A DNA stretch of 30,187 bases from a virus (Duplodnaviria; Caudoviricetes), in the IMG/VR virus record IMGVR_UViG_3300028587_000028, positions 1 to 30,187 of that record; one strand, written 5' to 3'. The position numbers were made by a program, and so were the translations under genes. This document shows positions 1 to 9,217 of this stretch, in pieces. The notes beneath the pieces are model-generated. The model ran no database searches. It was given only the letters and a program-made list of their open reading frames with translations, and was not told where the DNA came from. Position 1 is the first letter of the stretch. Each line of letters opens with the position of its first letter.

Positions 1-94
1 AGGAGCCGAATGGGTCTGGGATGTCGGCTGAAATCAGCCCCAACTCAACCGCCGCATCGTTGACGACGCTTCCAACCGTATCCCAGTTCGACAC
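1..94 (-). CDS. N-terminal part of probable head-tail adaptor/virion protein (runs off window)
   Basis: GTG at 94 just after the stop of the 98..343 gene; MSNWDTVGSVVNDAAVELGLISADIPDPFGS; position after capsid genes. Confidence 0.5.
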   Translation of the reverse strand, partial: MSNWDTVGSVVNDAAVELGLISADIPDPFGS

Positions 95-97
95 TCG

Positions 98-343
98 TTA
101 CCCCTTTGGTGGTTTCTGCTTCTTGCTCGGCGCAACGGCCAGAGCGGCTTCAATGGCAGGCGCGTCCGAGACGCCCACAAACGCGGCGTACTCCTCGGGC
201 CACCGCGCCTTGTCTGCATCCGTGGCGAGACGTGAGACGACGTCCTTACCATCTCGGCCCGTTGAAATGCAGACAAATTCGGTTTCTTCGCTTGTTCCGT
301 CCGCGAGTTTCCGCGTGCCCGCGCTGAAGGTGACTCGCATCAC
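98..343 (-). CDS. Hypothetical head-module protein, paralog of the N-terminal domain of 340..930
   Basis: Start overlaps upstream stop; ungapped 36-aa ETEF...Y.AF match to the neighbour. Confidence 0.7.
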   Translation of the reverse strand: MMRVTFSAGTRKLADGTSEETEFVCISTGRDGKDVVSRLATDADKARWPEEYAAFVGVSDAPAIEAALAVAPSKKQKPPKG

Positions 344-930
344 TTGCGCCCCGCCTGCTGCTTCTCGACGCGCTCAGTGAGTTCCTTCATCTGGCGGCGC
401 AGCGACTCCATTTCCGCATCCTTGGCCTTGAGTTCGGCGGCCAGTTTCTCGGCGGGCGCCGCATTCTTCGCGGCCTCAATGTGGCGCTTGGCCTTTTCGA
501 CGAGGTGACGAATCGGGCCAATCTCGGAAATGGCGCCGTCGCTCAACTCCGCGAGGTGGTCCACGGACAGCACCTTGTAGTACGCCAGCATTTCCGCCTC
601 GCTCCGCGTGCAACCCGTCCACTCGCGCAAGGGGGTGCCATCCACCACCGACTGCTGCCCGGCCTTGAAAGCCTCGTAGCGCTTGCGGTGCAGACGCTTG
701 TCCTTCTCGCGCACGGGACGGTCAACGGTGTTGTGCTTGTCGCCGGGGACGATGATTTTGATGAACTCGGTTTCGACGTATACCGGCCGGCCGCCCGCCG
801 CAGCGGTGGCCACCTCGTCCAGTACCGGGTGCATGCGGAACGTAACGAAGAGCTTGTCAGCCCCCATGTCGTCGCGACCCGCGTTGTTCGCCTCGGCCAG
901 TTCGGCCATTCCGACGTCTGAAAGACTCAT
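340..930 (-). CDS. Phage hypothetical protein downstream of capsid genes, C-terminal coiled coil
   Basis: ATG at 930 with AGAGGGG SD; the ORF-track extension to 1008 crosses a hairpin and is unlikely. Confidence 0.75.
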   Translation of the reverse strand: MSLSDVGMAELAEANNAGRDDMGADKLFVTFRMHPVLDEVATAAAGGRPVYVETEFIKIIVPGDKHNTVDRPVREKDKRLHRKRYEAFKAGQQSVVDGTPLREWTGCTRSEAEMLAYYKVLSVDHLAELSDGAISEIGPIRHLVEKAKRHIEAAKNAAPAEKLAAELKAKDAEMESLRRQMKELTERVEKQQAGRK

Positions 931-964
931 GGTGTTGCCCCTCTGGGGTGTCTGGGTGAGACAG

Positions 965-1000
965 GAGGGCGGCCAACCACCCAGAGAATTGGCCGCCTTC
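965..1000 (-). terminator. 12-bp stem hairpin after capsid/decoration genes (no U-tract; attenuator or stability element)
   Basis: gagggcggccaa (965-976) pairs with ttggccgccttc (989-1000). Confidence 0.5.
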
Positions 1001-1010
1001 CCGGGCACTA

Positions 1011-1496
1011 CTAGCCGTTGCCGTTGAGCGACGGGCGGGACAACTGGAGGACGGCGAAGCCAGCGGAGGGTACGTCAGAGGCGGACTTGTAGCGGGCGCC
1101 GTCCACCTTGTCGGTGGCCACCACCGCGTCATCCACCTGTCCCGCCGTGGCAGTGACGTAGACGGGCGCATTGGCGACAGCCGCCGCAGCAGTGCGCGCG
1201 ACGGCGCTGCCACTCACTTGGTACCAGCCGTACTGGTTGGCCACGTTGGCAGACAGGGCAATGGCCATGGGGCCACGGCTGCCAGCCACTGCGCGCGTGG
1301 TGGTGCCAAGGCGCTGGTCGTAGATGACGGCGTCACCCGCGACGGTACCAACGACGCCGCGCAGGTAGACGAATTCGCCCTCGCCATACACCGCATCCTG
1401 CCCACGGCGGACGGTGCCGAGCGGGGCGTTCTGCGTGGTGGAGGTGTCGTAGAAGTTCTGTGGGAGGACGCCGAAGTCAGAGTGCTGAAAGGCCAT
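1011..1496 (-). CDS. Probable capsid decoration/cement protein
   Basis: 161 aa, G/A/V-rich, beta-like; AAGGAG SD; directly after the major capsid gene. Confidence 0.65.
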   Translation of the reverse strand: MAFQHSDFGVLPQNFYDTSTTQNAPLGTVRRGQDAVYGEGEFVYLRGVVGTVAGDAVIYDQRLGTTTRAVAGSRGPMAIALSANVANQYGWYQVSGSAVARTAAAAVANAPVYVTATAGQVDDAVVATDKVDGARYKSASDVPSAGFAVLQLSRPSLNGNG

Positions 1497-1511
1497 GGTG
1501 GTGTCTCCTTG

Positions 1512-2477
1512 TCACTCGCCAACGAGGCGGCCCTGAAACTGGGCGCCGGAGCAGGTGAGGTTGCCAGCCCAGGCGAGAATCTGCGCCTCGGCGTCCTGAT
1601 TGAAAGCGGCGCGACGGGACGGGCTCAGCGGCACCATGTTGCGCTGCGAGTGCGGGCGGAAGTGCAGGTACTTGGTGTTGAGGTAGAACATGGTGTTGGT
1701 GCCCGCGAAGCCGCCGATGCCACCGTCCAGCACGACGGGCGTGCCCATGAACTCCAGGTTTTTGAACCCGAGGTTGGCCGTCTCCGTGTTGGTGAAGCGC
1801 TGGTTCATCTGGAGCGAGTTGGCGAACGTGCTCCAAATCGTGTTGCCAGCGACAATCAGGTCCGGCGTGTCGCTGCCACGGACGCACTTGGTCCACAGCG
1901 TTGTCATCGCAGGCTGAATCGTGTTGACGGTGGCCACGGCAGGCATGTCTTCCACCTGCGAGCGCCAGAAGGCCCAGACGGCGCGGTCAATGCCGCCGTA
2001 GGTGCCGGTGGTGGGCGTCACGGGGACGGCCGCGTCGAGGCCGGTCAGCTGGCGGCCGCCAAAGCCAGTGCCGTCCGAGTAGAGCGCCTCGGAGATGCGG
2101 TTGGCCATGGTGGACTCCGCCACCTTCAGGCGCGACTCCAGCAGGTCAATGATTTGCTCCTTGCCTGCGTTCTGGAGCATCTCCAAGCCGGAGATGACGA
2201 CGGGGACAGCCGCCTGCTTGAAAGCGAATTCGGCGGCAGACAGCACGTCCTGCGGCGCGGTGGGCAGCACGTCGTAGCCGGAGTACCACCCGAAGTTGCC
2301 GTTCTCCGCGAAGGACAACTCCTCAAGGATGGTGTAGCCGCCAGAGACGGGGCGCTGGTTGCCGCGCTTGTTCAAGAAGGTGAGGAGCGCGTTGTTCTTG
2401 GTGACGTTGTCGGCAATCTTGCCGGACCGCGACTCGATGGTCGTGGTGATGATGTCGCTGATGTTGGGGAAAGCCAT
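1512..2477 (-). CDS. Major capsid protein
   Basis: 321 aa from MAFPNISDIITTTIESRSG; follows portal and scaffold; GWYSGYD and F.G.PVVLD segments fit an HK97-fold capsid. Confidence 0.88.
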   Translation of the reverse strand: MAFPNISDIITTTIESRSGKIADNVTKNNALLTFLNKRGNQRPVSGGYTILEELSFAENGNFGWYSGYDVLPTAPQDVLSAAEFAFKQAAVPVVISGLEMLQNAGKEQIIDLLESRLKVAESTMANRISEALYSDGTGFGGRQLTGLDAAVPVTPTTGTYGGIDRAVWAFWRSQVEDMPAVATVNTIQPAMTTLWTKCVRGSDTPDLIVAGNTIWSTFANSLQMNQRFTNTETANLGFKNLEFMGTPVVLDGGIGGFAGTNTMFYLNTKYLHFRPHSQRNMVPLSPSRRAAFNQDAEAQILAWAGNLTCSGAQFQGRLVGE

Positions 2478-2632
2478 GAAGGCCCTCGCTGGTTGAGTTG
2501 AAATCTCGCGTGCTTCTGCGCGTGGACGGCCTAGCCGTTCGCTCACGCCCCGCCGCGAAATGGGGGCTCAAACAGCGAGTGGGCCCGTGTGGCTCTCGCT
2601 CACTTCGGCACTGCGACTACGTCACTGCCACT

Positions 2633-3706
2633 TCACCGACCAGACGCCTTGGCAATGGCCGCCTCAATGTCCCCCCGCATGGTTGCCGGGGCCGCCGCCG
2701 CGATGGGCGCCGGAGTCGTCTTGATGGACGACGCTGCGGCCTTGGCTCGCTGCGCGGCGGCAACTTGGCTGGCGCGCTGGGCGGATTCGGACCGCTGCTG
2801 GAGCACCGGCTTGAGGTCCGGGCTCATTGCCACAGCCTGAGCATATGCGTCCTCAAGTGTCAAGCTGATTTTTGCATCATGCGCGGCAGCCATGAGACTG
2901 CCCATGATGTGTTTCACGTCCTCGAAGAACTCCGCCTTGCCGCTGGAGATGAAAGCCTGAAGTTCGTTGTCGGCCTGCCGCATCTGATGCTGGCGGGCCT
3001 GCTGGGCGAAACTCTGCCGCACGCGCTCTTCGGCCTGCCGCGCGATGGCCTCCGGGTCGAAGTGCTGCGGCGCCTGGGGCTGCCCCTGCGCGGGTTGCTG
3101 GCCCTGAAGCACGGCGTTGATGTCCTCCGTGCTGATACCGTAGCCCGTGATGATTTGGGCCACCAGCGCGGCCTTGTGCGCAGGCGGGGCGGTACGGAGT
3201 GCGGCAGCCGTCTGGAGCAGTCCAGCCACGGCCTTGATGGGGTCTTGCCCCTCCGCCTGAATCATCCCCATGTAGGGGCTCAGCACCTGCTGAAAGGCCC
3301 CAGCGGTGCGCTTGGCCTCGGACGCCTCTTGCAGCGCGGACTGCACCTCACGCTCGCGGCGCACCACCTCAGCCTGAATCTCGGGCGGCACCTTGGCCCA
3401 GTGCTCGCGCAGGGCAGGCTTCCAACTCTGCGGCGCTTTGACTTCGGGCACCTTCGGCGCGGACGGGGTGGATTCAGGGGGGACAGCAGGAGCCGACTGG
3501 CCCGGCTTGTCCCCTCCATTCGCAGGCGGCGCAGCGGGGGCGGCAGCCGTCGCCTCGGCAGCAGGCTCAGCCTCCACTGGAGCGGGGGCGCTCGCCTCAA
3601 CGGGCGCGGGAGTGGACGGCGCTTCGGTGGGGGTGGGGGTGGCTGGCGCGCTGCTCTCCACCTTGTCAAAGGACGCTGCTACAGCGGAACGGATGTCGTC
3701 GCTCAT
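2633..3706 (-). CDS. Capsid scaffolding protein
   Basis: 357 aa; Pro/Ala-rich N-terminus, APQSW motif, helical Q/A-rich body; immediately upstream of capsid. Confidence 0.78.
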   Translation of the reverse strand: MSDDIRSAVAASFDKVESSAPATPTPTEAPSTPAPVEASAPAPVEAEPAAEATAAAPAAPPANGGDKPGQSAPAVPPESTPSAPKVPEVKAPQSWKPALREHWAKVPPEIQAEVVRREREVQSALQEASEAKRTAGAFQQVLSPYMGMIQAEGQDPIKAVAGLLQTAAALRTAPPAHKAALVAQIITGYGISTEDINAVLQGQQPAQGQPQAPQHFDPEAIARQAEERVRQSFAQQARQHQMRQADNELQAFISSGKAEFFEDVKHIMGSLMAAAHDAKISLTLEDAYAQAVAMSPDLKPVLQQRSESAQRASQVAAAQRAKAAASSIKTTPAPIAAAAPATMRGDIEAAIAKASGR

Positions 3707-4041
3707 CTTCGGTGCCTCTCAAACGCGCGGATGAGTGCCTCCCTCCGCGTCTGGGTGTCGTGCTTGGCGTCCGGTGAGTAGAACGCTTCACGTTGCTTCT
3801 CTGCCTTGGCCCACGTCTCCGTGTAGTCGGAGGCGTCGGCAACTCCTCGGGCCTGCATGTACTGACGGCGCTTGGCACGACTGCCGATGTCGGTGCCGTC
3901 CGTGGCGCGCATGCCGTCCATGTAGAGGTCCACGTAGACGGGGGCACGCTCCTCGTGCGCCTGAAAGTCCGGCGTCACCTCGACAGCCTCAACGCGTCCA
4001 GTCTCAGGGTTGGGGCGGTAGACGTAGCGACGACGACTCAT
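3703..4041 (-). CDS. Hypothetical protein between portal and scaffold
   Basis: ATG at 4041 overlaps portal stop; MSRRRYVYRPNP...DGTDIGSRAKRRQYM. Confidence 0.75.
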   Translation of the reverse strand: MSRRRYVYRPNPETGRVEAVEVTPDFQAHEERAPVYVDLYMDGMRATDGTDIGSRAKRRQYMQARGVADASDYTETWAKAEKQREAFYSPDAKHDTQTRREALIRAFERHRR

Positions 4042-6014
4042 GCTCCACCTCTGGGTGAATTCGGATTCACGCGCGCCGCCTGCATGATGGCCGTCTTCTG
4101 CGCCTGCTCGCGGACGTTCCACTCCGCCTGCTGGCGCTCCTTCTCCGCATTGGCCTGCGTCTCAGCCTGCGTGCGCATCAGGTCGGCCTGCAATTCAGCC
4201 TGCACCTTGGCGATTTCCTGCTGCCCCTTCATTTGCTGGGCGAGCACCTTGGGGTCAGGCGGCTGCGGCTGGGGCCCGGCCTGTGCGGCGGCCTCCTGCG
4301 CCTGCTGGGCGGCAGTAATCGCTTGGTCGAGCACGCCTTCGATGCCGCTGCTGCCTCGGAGCCCCGCCACCGCCCACTGCATCATCTGGAGCAGGAACGG
4401 CGCGCTGCCCTGCACCTGCTGGCCGAGCGGGGCCGCTGCCTGCATGAACGAGGCAAGGCCCGCCAGCACTTCCATCCGCTCCTGCTTGAGCGCAGCGAAG
4501 TCGGTGAGGCTGACGGCCTCGGGCTTGACCTCAATTCGGTACTGCGCAAACGAGGACTTGAGCAGTTCGGCCGCCTGCGGAGCCACCTGCATGTCAAAGG
4601 TAAACTCAGCGTTCGACTGCGCGAGGATGCTCGCCACGTCGTAGTGCTTCGAAATCAGCTCGGCCTTGAGTTTCTGCACGTCCGAGGCAAAGCGGGCAAT
4701 CTCGTCCTGGAGGCGCTGGAGGCGGACGCTTCCGAAGCGGGCCTTGATTCCCTGCGCCATGGCCGTCTCTCGCGGGTCCGAGGCGCCGCGCATCAGGTCG
4801 GCCTGTCCCGTCACCTGATAGAGCGCATCCACCAACTCGCGCCGGTAGTCGCGCAGGGCCGTCAGGGCCGTGGTGATTTGCTCCAGCGGGAGCCAGTCAA
4901 TCATGCCCCGGATGCCGCCCTTCTCAGCGAAGGCGGCCCAATTGTCCACGGGGATTAGCTCGTTCTGCTGGGCCTCGCCAACGAGACGCCCAATCGAGTT
5001 GCCCTCGCTCTTGGCGTAGACGCCAGCCACGCGGATGGCGCGCTCAAGCAGGGTGATGCGAGTCGAGACGAGGTCGATTTCGTTGTAAAAGTCCTGAGCC
5101 AGCGCGTAGTCCGGACGCGGCATCAGCTTCGTAGTGGTGGTGTTCGCCAGCAGGGGGCGAGGCATCGGCCAGAAGCCTTCCAGCCCATACGGGTCAGGCT
5201 TGGAGTCCAACACCTCGACGTAGCCCTCGACGTACCAGTCCACCTTGCGGCGGTCCTTGTCCCAGATTTCCCAGACGCAGGCGCGGTCCCACGGCGAGGC
5301 CACCTTGTCGCGGTGGTCGTCTGGCTTGTTTGCCTTCGGCACCTTGGACCAAAGGAGCAACTCGCCAGTCGGGTCAAAGCGAGCGTTGAATTCCGCTTCA
5401 CCCAGTTCCGCTTTGAAGGCCAGCCAGCGCACCTCGTGCCAGACGCGCGCGGGGCTCCAGAGGACGTCCTGCCAGTGCAGGTAGTCCGTGGCCACCTCCT
5501 CGGACACCTTGCGCTGCGTGGCGGGCACCTCTGGGGCGAGGACGGCACCAGTCACCGGGTCCACCTGGGCGGGGACGGCTGGCACCTCCTCAAACTGAGC
5601 GCCATAGCGGACGCGCACCACGCCCAGGCCGGGCAGCAAGCGGTCCTCCAGCGCGTACTGGAGGGCCTGCGCGAAGGTGTCTGAGTCCTTCTCGATGTCG
5701 GAGTTGAGCAGGCGCTCAAGGAGTTCAGCCGCCACCCGGGCCACGTCGTCGTTGGCGTCCGCCCAACGGCGCTGCACGGACACGGTGGGCGTCTGGCCGT
5801 ACAATGTCGCCATCTGCGTCTGGACGTTGGAAGTGAAGAGGTTCCACCGCGTCTCGCCCAGGTATTCGTTGTCGCGCTCGTCCAGGTAGCGCCGGACAAT
5901 CTTCTTGCCCTGGGTGTGCCACTTCTCGACGCCCTCACGCGCGGCCTGCAACTCCACCTGCCAGCGTTGGGCCCAGCCGCGTGCGTCGTCGCTGAAGTTT
6001 GTCTGGTCGGCCAA
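4038..6014 (-). CDS. Portal protein
   Basis: 658 aa, TTG start with AGGAG SD; ETA.AQ motif, Q/A-rich C-terminal helix; between terL and scaffold. Confidence 0.88.
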   Translation of the reverse strand: MADQTNFSDDARGWAQRWQVELQAAREGVEKWHTQGKKIVRRYLDERDNEYLGETRWNLFTSNVQTQMATLYGQTPTVSVQRRWADANDDVARVAAELLERLLNSDIEKDSDTFAQALQYALEDRLLPGLGVVRVRYGAQFEEVPAVPAQVDPVTGAVLAPEVPATQRKVSEEVATDYLHWQDVLWSPARVWHEVRWLAFKAELGEAEFNARFDPTGELLLWSKVPKANKPDDHRDKVASPWDRACVWEIWDKDRRKVDWYVEGYVEVLDSKPDPYGLEGFWPMPRPLLANTTTTKLMPRPDYALAQDFYNEIDLVSTRITLLERAIRVAGVYAKSEGNSIGRLVGEAQQNELIPVDNWAAFAEKGGIRGMIDWLPLEQITTALTALRDYRRELVDALYQVTGQADLMRGASDPRETAMAQGIKARFGSVRLQRLQDEIARFASDVQKLKAELISKHYDVASILAQSNAEFTFDMQVAPQAAELLKSSFAQYRIEVKPEAVSLTDFAALKQERMEVLAGLASFMQAAAPLGQQVQGSAPFLLQMMQWAVAGLRGSSGIEGVLDQAITAAQQAQEAAAQAGPQPQPPDPKVLAQQMKGQQEIAKVQAELQADLMRTQAETQANAEKERQQAEWNVREQAQKTAIMQAARVNPNSPRGGA

Positions 6015-6039
6015 GCCCTTATCTCCTACCTGCCTGCTT

Positions 6040-6059
6040 ACAACTAGTTAGGCGCCTAA
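6040..6059. promoter_or_regulatory. Candidate late-gene regulatory motif upstream of portal
   Basis: Reverse complement ttaggcgcctaactagttgt matches 8591-8610 at 16/20. Confidence 0.4.
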
Positions 6060-6259
6060 TCAACTGGGCGGCGCCAGTTCCACACGTCGGCCGCCTCTTC
6101 GGCGGCGGACTTCGCGGCGCTGACGGACTCGTAGCCGCAGAACCACGCTTCCGCCTCGAAGTACTCGGGCGACGGAATGAGGTCCCGAACGTCGCGCGCG
6201 TAGAGCGCCTTCAAATCCGAAACGGGCTTGCCCTTCGCGTCCTGCTTCGGCGTGCTCAT
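6056..6259 (-). CDS. Hypothetical protein
   Basis: 67 aa, ATGA-coupled, GGAGG SD. Confidence 0.65.
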   Translation of the reverse strand: MSTPKQDAKGKPVSDLKALYARDVRDLIPSPEYFEAEAWFCGYESVSAAKSAAEEAADVWNWRRPVD

Positions 6260-6699
6260 GGCTTGTCCTCCACCTCAAGACTGAGCAACCACTCCAGCAC
6301 CTCGCGGACGTGCCTCTTCGCGGCAGACGGCATGCGACTGGCTGCCTCATCTAGCCGCCCAAGTGCCGCTCGGTACTTCGCCGCCTCTGAGCGAGCGGGC
6401 GCCGACAGCCCCACCTCTTGAATGTCGTGCCCTCCGTCGTGCCCCAGCGGCAGTCGGCAGACGTGAGTGATGGCCATGGCCTCCGTGTCGGCCATGGCAA
6501 ACGTGCACAGTGGTGACCTGTAAGCCTTCTGAAGAGCCTCGCGCATGAACGCCGGAAGGAAACGGGTCTCCCCCGGTACGTTCCAGCCGAACTCCTCACC
6601 AACTTTCATCAGCTCGTCCAGGGCCCCTTCCGCCGTCTTGATGTCCCGGCGAGCCTGCTCCAATGCACGCTCCAAGAACTGCTCTCTCGTCTCGCTCAT
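6256..6699 (-). CDS. Hypothetical protein with C...C-x4-GH-x-G-x-H possible Zn site
   Basis: ATG at 6699 overlaps terL stop; CRLPLGHDGGH. Confidence 0.7.
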   Translation of the reverse strand: MSETREQFLERALEQARRDIKTAEGALDELMKVGEEFGWNVPGETRFLPAFMREALQKAYRSPLCTFAMADTEAMAITHVCRLPLGHDGGHDIQEVGLSAPARSEAAKYRAALGRLDEAASRMPSAAKRHVREVLEWLLSLEVEDKP

Positions 6700-8150
6700 A
6701 TCCGTCTGCCTCCAGACTGCGGTGCGGTACTCCAAAGCTCATCGTCCAGCACGAGGTCTCGCATGTCGCGGAAGGCTGGCTTCGGCTTGGCCTCCTCGTG
6801 CGTCGTCATCATCCGGGCCACCTGGGCGAACGTGGCGAGGTAGCGGAACGAGTCCGCGTCGTGGCTGGCCCAGTCGTGCAGGGGCTCGCGGGAGAACGTC
6901 TGAAGCCGCTCGCTGTACTGGTACTTGTAGCTGCGCAGCGCCTCAAGACCGCTGTCCAAGCCTTGCACTGGCGCCTTGTCGCAGCGGACGTGAAAGCGAA
7001 TGTCGCCCTCCAGCAGTGCGCGCGCGGCGCTAATGCCGTCCTCCACGCTCAGGGAGGGGCCAATGGTGACGCCTCCAGCGCCGTACTTGGCTACCACCTG
7101 CTCCAGCACCGAGGAGCGCGTCACCAGCGTCTTCGCGCGGGCGTCGTGCGGCAGGACGTGCTTCAGGTAGCGGTAGCCCAGCGCCTTGGCCTTCTCATCC
7201 AACACGCCGAAGTAATGGCTGAGAGGCTCTCCGTTGTTGCGGTAGTGGTCGATGACGTCCACCCCGCCCGGACGGAGGCGCCAGAACCAGATGCTGGTGG
7301 AGTCCGCCCGCCCCAAGTCCCACGAGGTGAAGATGCTGCCCGTCTCGTGGGCGAAGCTGCAGATGCCGCCACGGGCCTCCAGCGCCGCGAGGAGGTCCCC
7401 GTAGATGCTGCCCTTGTCGTGGCTGGGGTACTTGCCTTCCAGGTACTCCGCAATCCACGTGGTGTCCTTTCCGGCCTGCTGGCGCAGGTAGTAGCCCGCT
7501 GGCAGGTTCTCTAGATTCTCAGCGTCGGGGCCGAGGCCAGAGGGCTGCTCAAACAGCGCGTACCCGTCCGGGCACTCGCGGCTGAAGAGGCGAAAGCCCC
7601 AGTGGCCGGTGTGCCACGGGTTGGTGTCCATCCAAATCCCAAACCACGTCGCGCCGCCCTCACGCATGGACGGGTAGCGCCCCACGCGGCCACAGAGGAC
7701 GTCCAGGATGGACTTAGGTATCTGCCGCGCTTCGTTGAGGTAGGCCCCCGTCAACTCCAGCGAAAGGAGTTTCTTGACGTCCTCCGGCCTGTCCAGCGCC
7801 CGGAAAAGCACCTCGCAATGCAGGCGCGTGCCGTCGCGCATGGGCGTGTCCGCGACGAAGGTGAAGTCCTTCTCGTACCAGCGGCCAAACGCGGGTGTCT
7901 GCGGAATCCACTGCTCAAACGTCTTGCGTGTGGTGTCGGCCAGTTCCCGGTAGGTGTTGCGGATGACGGCGAAGCGCGTACGCCTCACTCCGTCATCGCT
8001 GGGCGCCTGCTCAGCCGCCCGGCGCAGAATCTCCACCACGGAGCCGGAGGACTTCCCGCTGCCTACAGGGCCCACGATGCAGCGCACAAACGCATCACTG
8101 CGCATGTACGCCGCCACCGTAGGCGGGGCCCTGTAGGCGACGCAAGTCAC
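6696..8150 (-). CDS. terL: Terminase large subunit
   Basis: Walker A GPVGSGKS, Walker B-like GAYLNEARQI, nuclease motifs WDLGRADST and HDADSFRY; GTG at 8150 overlaps terS stop. Confidence 0.93.
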   Translation of the reverse strand: MTCVAYRAPPTVAAYMRSDAFVRCIVGPVGSGKSSGSVVEILRRAAEQAPSDDGVRRTRFAVIRNTYRELADTTRKTFEQWIPQTPAFGRWYEKDFTFVADTPMRDGTRLHCEVLFRALDRPEDVKKLLSLELTGAYLNEARQIPKSILDVLCGRVGRYPSMREGGATWFGIWMDTNPWHTGHWGFRLFSRECPDGYALFEQPSGLGPDAENLENLPAGYYLRQQAGKDTTWIAEYLEGKYPSHDKGSIYGDLLAALEARGGICSFAHETGSIFTSWDLGRADSTSIWFWRLRPGGVDVIDHYRNNGEPLSHYFGVLDEKAKALGYRYLKHVLPHDARAKTLVTRSSVLEQVVAKYGAGGVTIGPSLSVEDGISAARALLEGDIRFHVRCDKAPVQGLDSGLEALRSYKYQYSERLQTFSREPLHDWASHDADSFRYLATFAQVARMMTTHEEAKPKPAFRDMRDLVLDDELWSTAPQSGGRRI

Positions 8151-8554
8151 TCCTTGGTCGCCGTCAGGTCGATGTTGATGGACAAGCCCTGTCCGTCCTT
8201 GCCCGTCACCTCGTGCTTCTGGGCGGGAGGGCCGCAAACCTCGGCACGAATGAGCGTGGACGCCTTGAGCACTTGCGCGGCGAGCTGGGGGTCCTCAACC
8301 CGCTCCAGCATCACGTCCACGAGGCGGTCCAGCGCAACGCCTGCGACGTCCGCCAGGGCCTCTGGCGTGCCTTCAGGGACGCGGTGGCGCAGCCCCTTGA
8401 GCGCCTGGACGTAGCCCAGCGGCAAGGCGTTGGCGGTGCCCTCGGGGCGTCCTGCGCCGGGGCGCGCGCCGCCTGGGGCCTTCTTTCCTGTCGCCCGGTG
8501 TGGGCGCCTGTATGGCTTGTCTTCGGGGTAGTCGTTGCTGGGTGTGTCCGACAC
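8147..8554 (-). CDS. terS: Terminase small subunit (probable)
   Basis: GGARPGAGRP motif, EVTGKDG C-terminal tail, AGGAGG SD before GTG at 8554, coupled to terL. Confidence 0.8.
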   Translation of the reverse strand: MSDTPSNDYPEDKPYRRPHRATGKKAPGGARPGAGRPEGTANALPLGYVQALKGLRHRVPEGTPEALADVAGVALDRLVDVMLERVEDPQLAAQVLKASTLIRAEVCGPPAQKHEVTGKDGQGLSINIDLTATKE

Positions 8555-8586
8555 TGCTGGCCTCCTGTCGGGAATCAATAGCCCCG

Positions 8587-8615
8587 ACAGTAAGGCCCCT
8601 AACTACCTGTGTCAA
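8587..8615 (-). promoter_or_regulatory. Sigma70-type promoter for packaging/head operon
   Basis: TTGACA-17-TACTGT upstream of terS. Confidence 0.7.
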
Positions 8616-8647
8616 ATCGACATCGCTGGTGGCGCAACATCCGGCGC

Positions 8648-9217
8648 CTACACGGCCTTGACAGTCAGCCTCACCCCATACAGGTGCGGCTTCTCGTCCG
8701 GGTCTCTCAGCACCCGCTCGGCGGAGTAGTGCTCTAGTGCCGCCCGGTATTGCTCCAGCGGCAAGGCAATGGACGCGGAGCCCCTTAGGGCTGCACCCCA
8801 TGCCGACAGTCGCGCTTGGTCCAACGGCGACACCTTCGAGTCCCAGTGGCGCTGCTGGAAGGCCCGCGCGTTGGCGAGGCCCACCTGCTCACGCACGGCG
8901 GGGAGGCGGCTGGACATGGCGGCCTGCTCGCGCCGCTCCTTGTCCATGGCCTCCAGAACTACGTCATTCCACCCATCAAGGCTGTCGCCCCCACCAGTCC
9001 TTCGGACCCGCGTGACTCGCACCACCTCGCGCAACTGGGTCTCTGACGGGGCGCCCACTCCGCACTCCATGGGCTTCCTCCCCCGAAGGTGGTTTGGCGT
9101 CTTGCCTCGCACCAGTCGCCACAGTGCACGGGTGATTTGCAACCCAGTCGCACAGTCCACAAACGCGGCGATGATTCCGACTCCAGTCACGATTGCACCG
9201 ATGTCCCCAGCCGTCAT
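8648..9217 (-). CDS. Hypothetical protein with N-terminal transmembrane segment
   Basis: MTAGDIGAIVTGVGIIAAFV; ATG at 9217 overlaps the stop of the upstream small ORF. Confidence 0.6.
   Translation of the reverse strand: MTAGDIGAIVTGVGIIAAFVDCATGLQITRALWRLVRGKTPNHLRGRKPMECGVGAPSETQLREVVRVTRVRRTGGGDSLDGWNDVVLEAMDKERREQAAMSSRLPAVREQVGLANARAFQQRHWDSKVSPLDQARLSAWGAALRGSASIALPLEQYRAALEHYSAERVLRDPDEKPHLYGVRLTVKAV

Noticed and set aside
1218-3781. Long plus-strand ORFs (427 aa twice) opposite capsid and scaffold; likewise 17303..18529 and 28417..30078
   Set aside because: Antisense shadows of high-GC coding genes; no motifs or SD, and they fully overlap well-supported minus-strand genes
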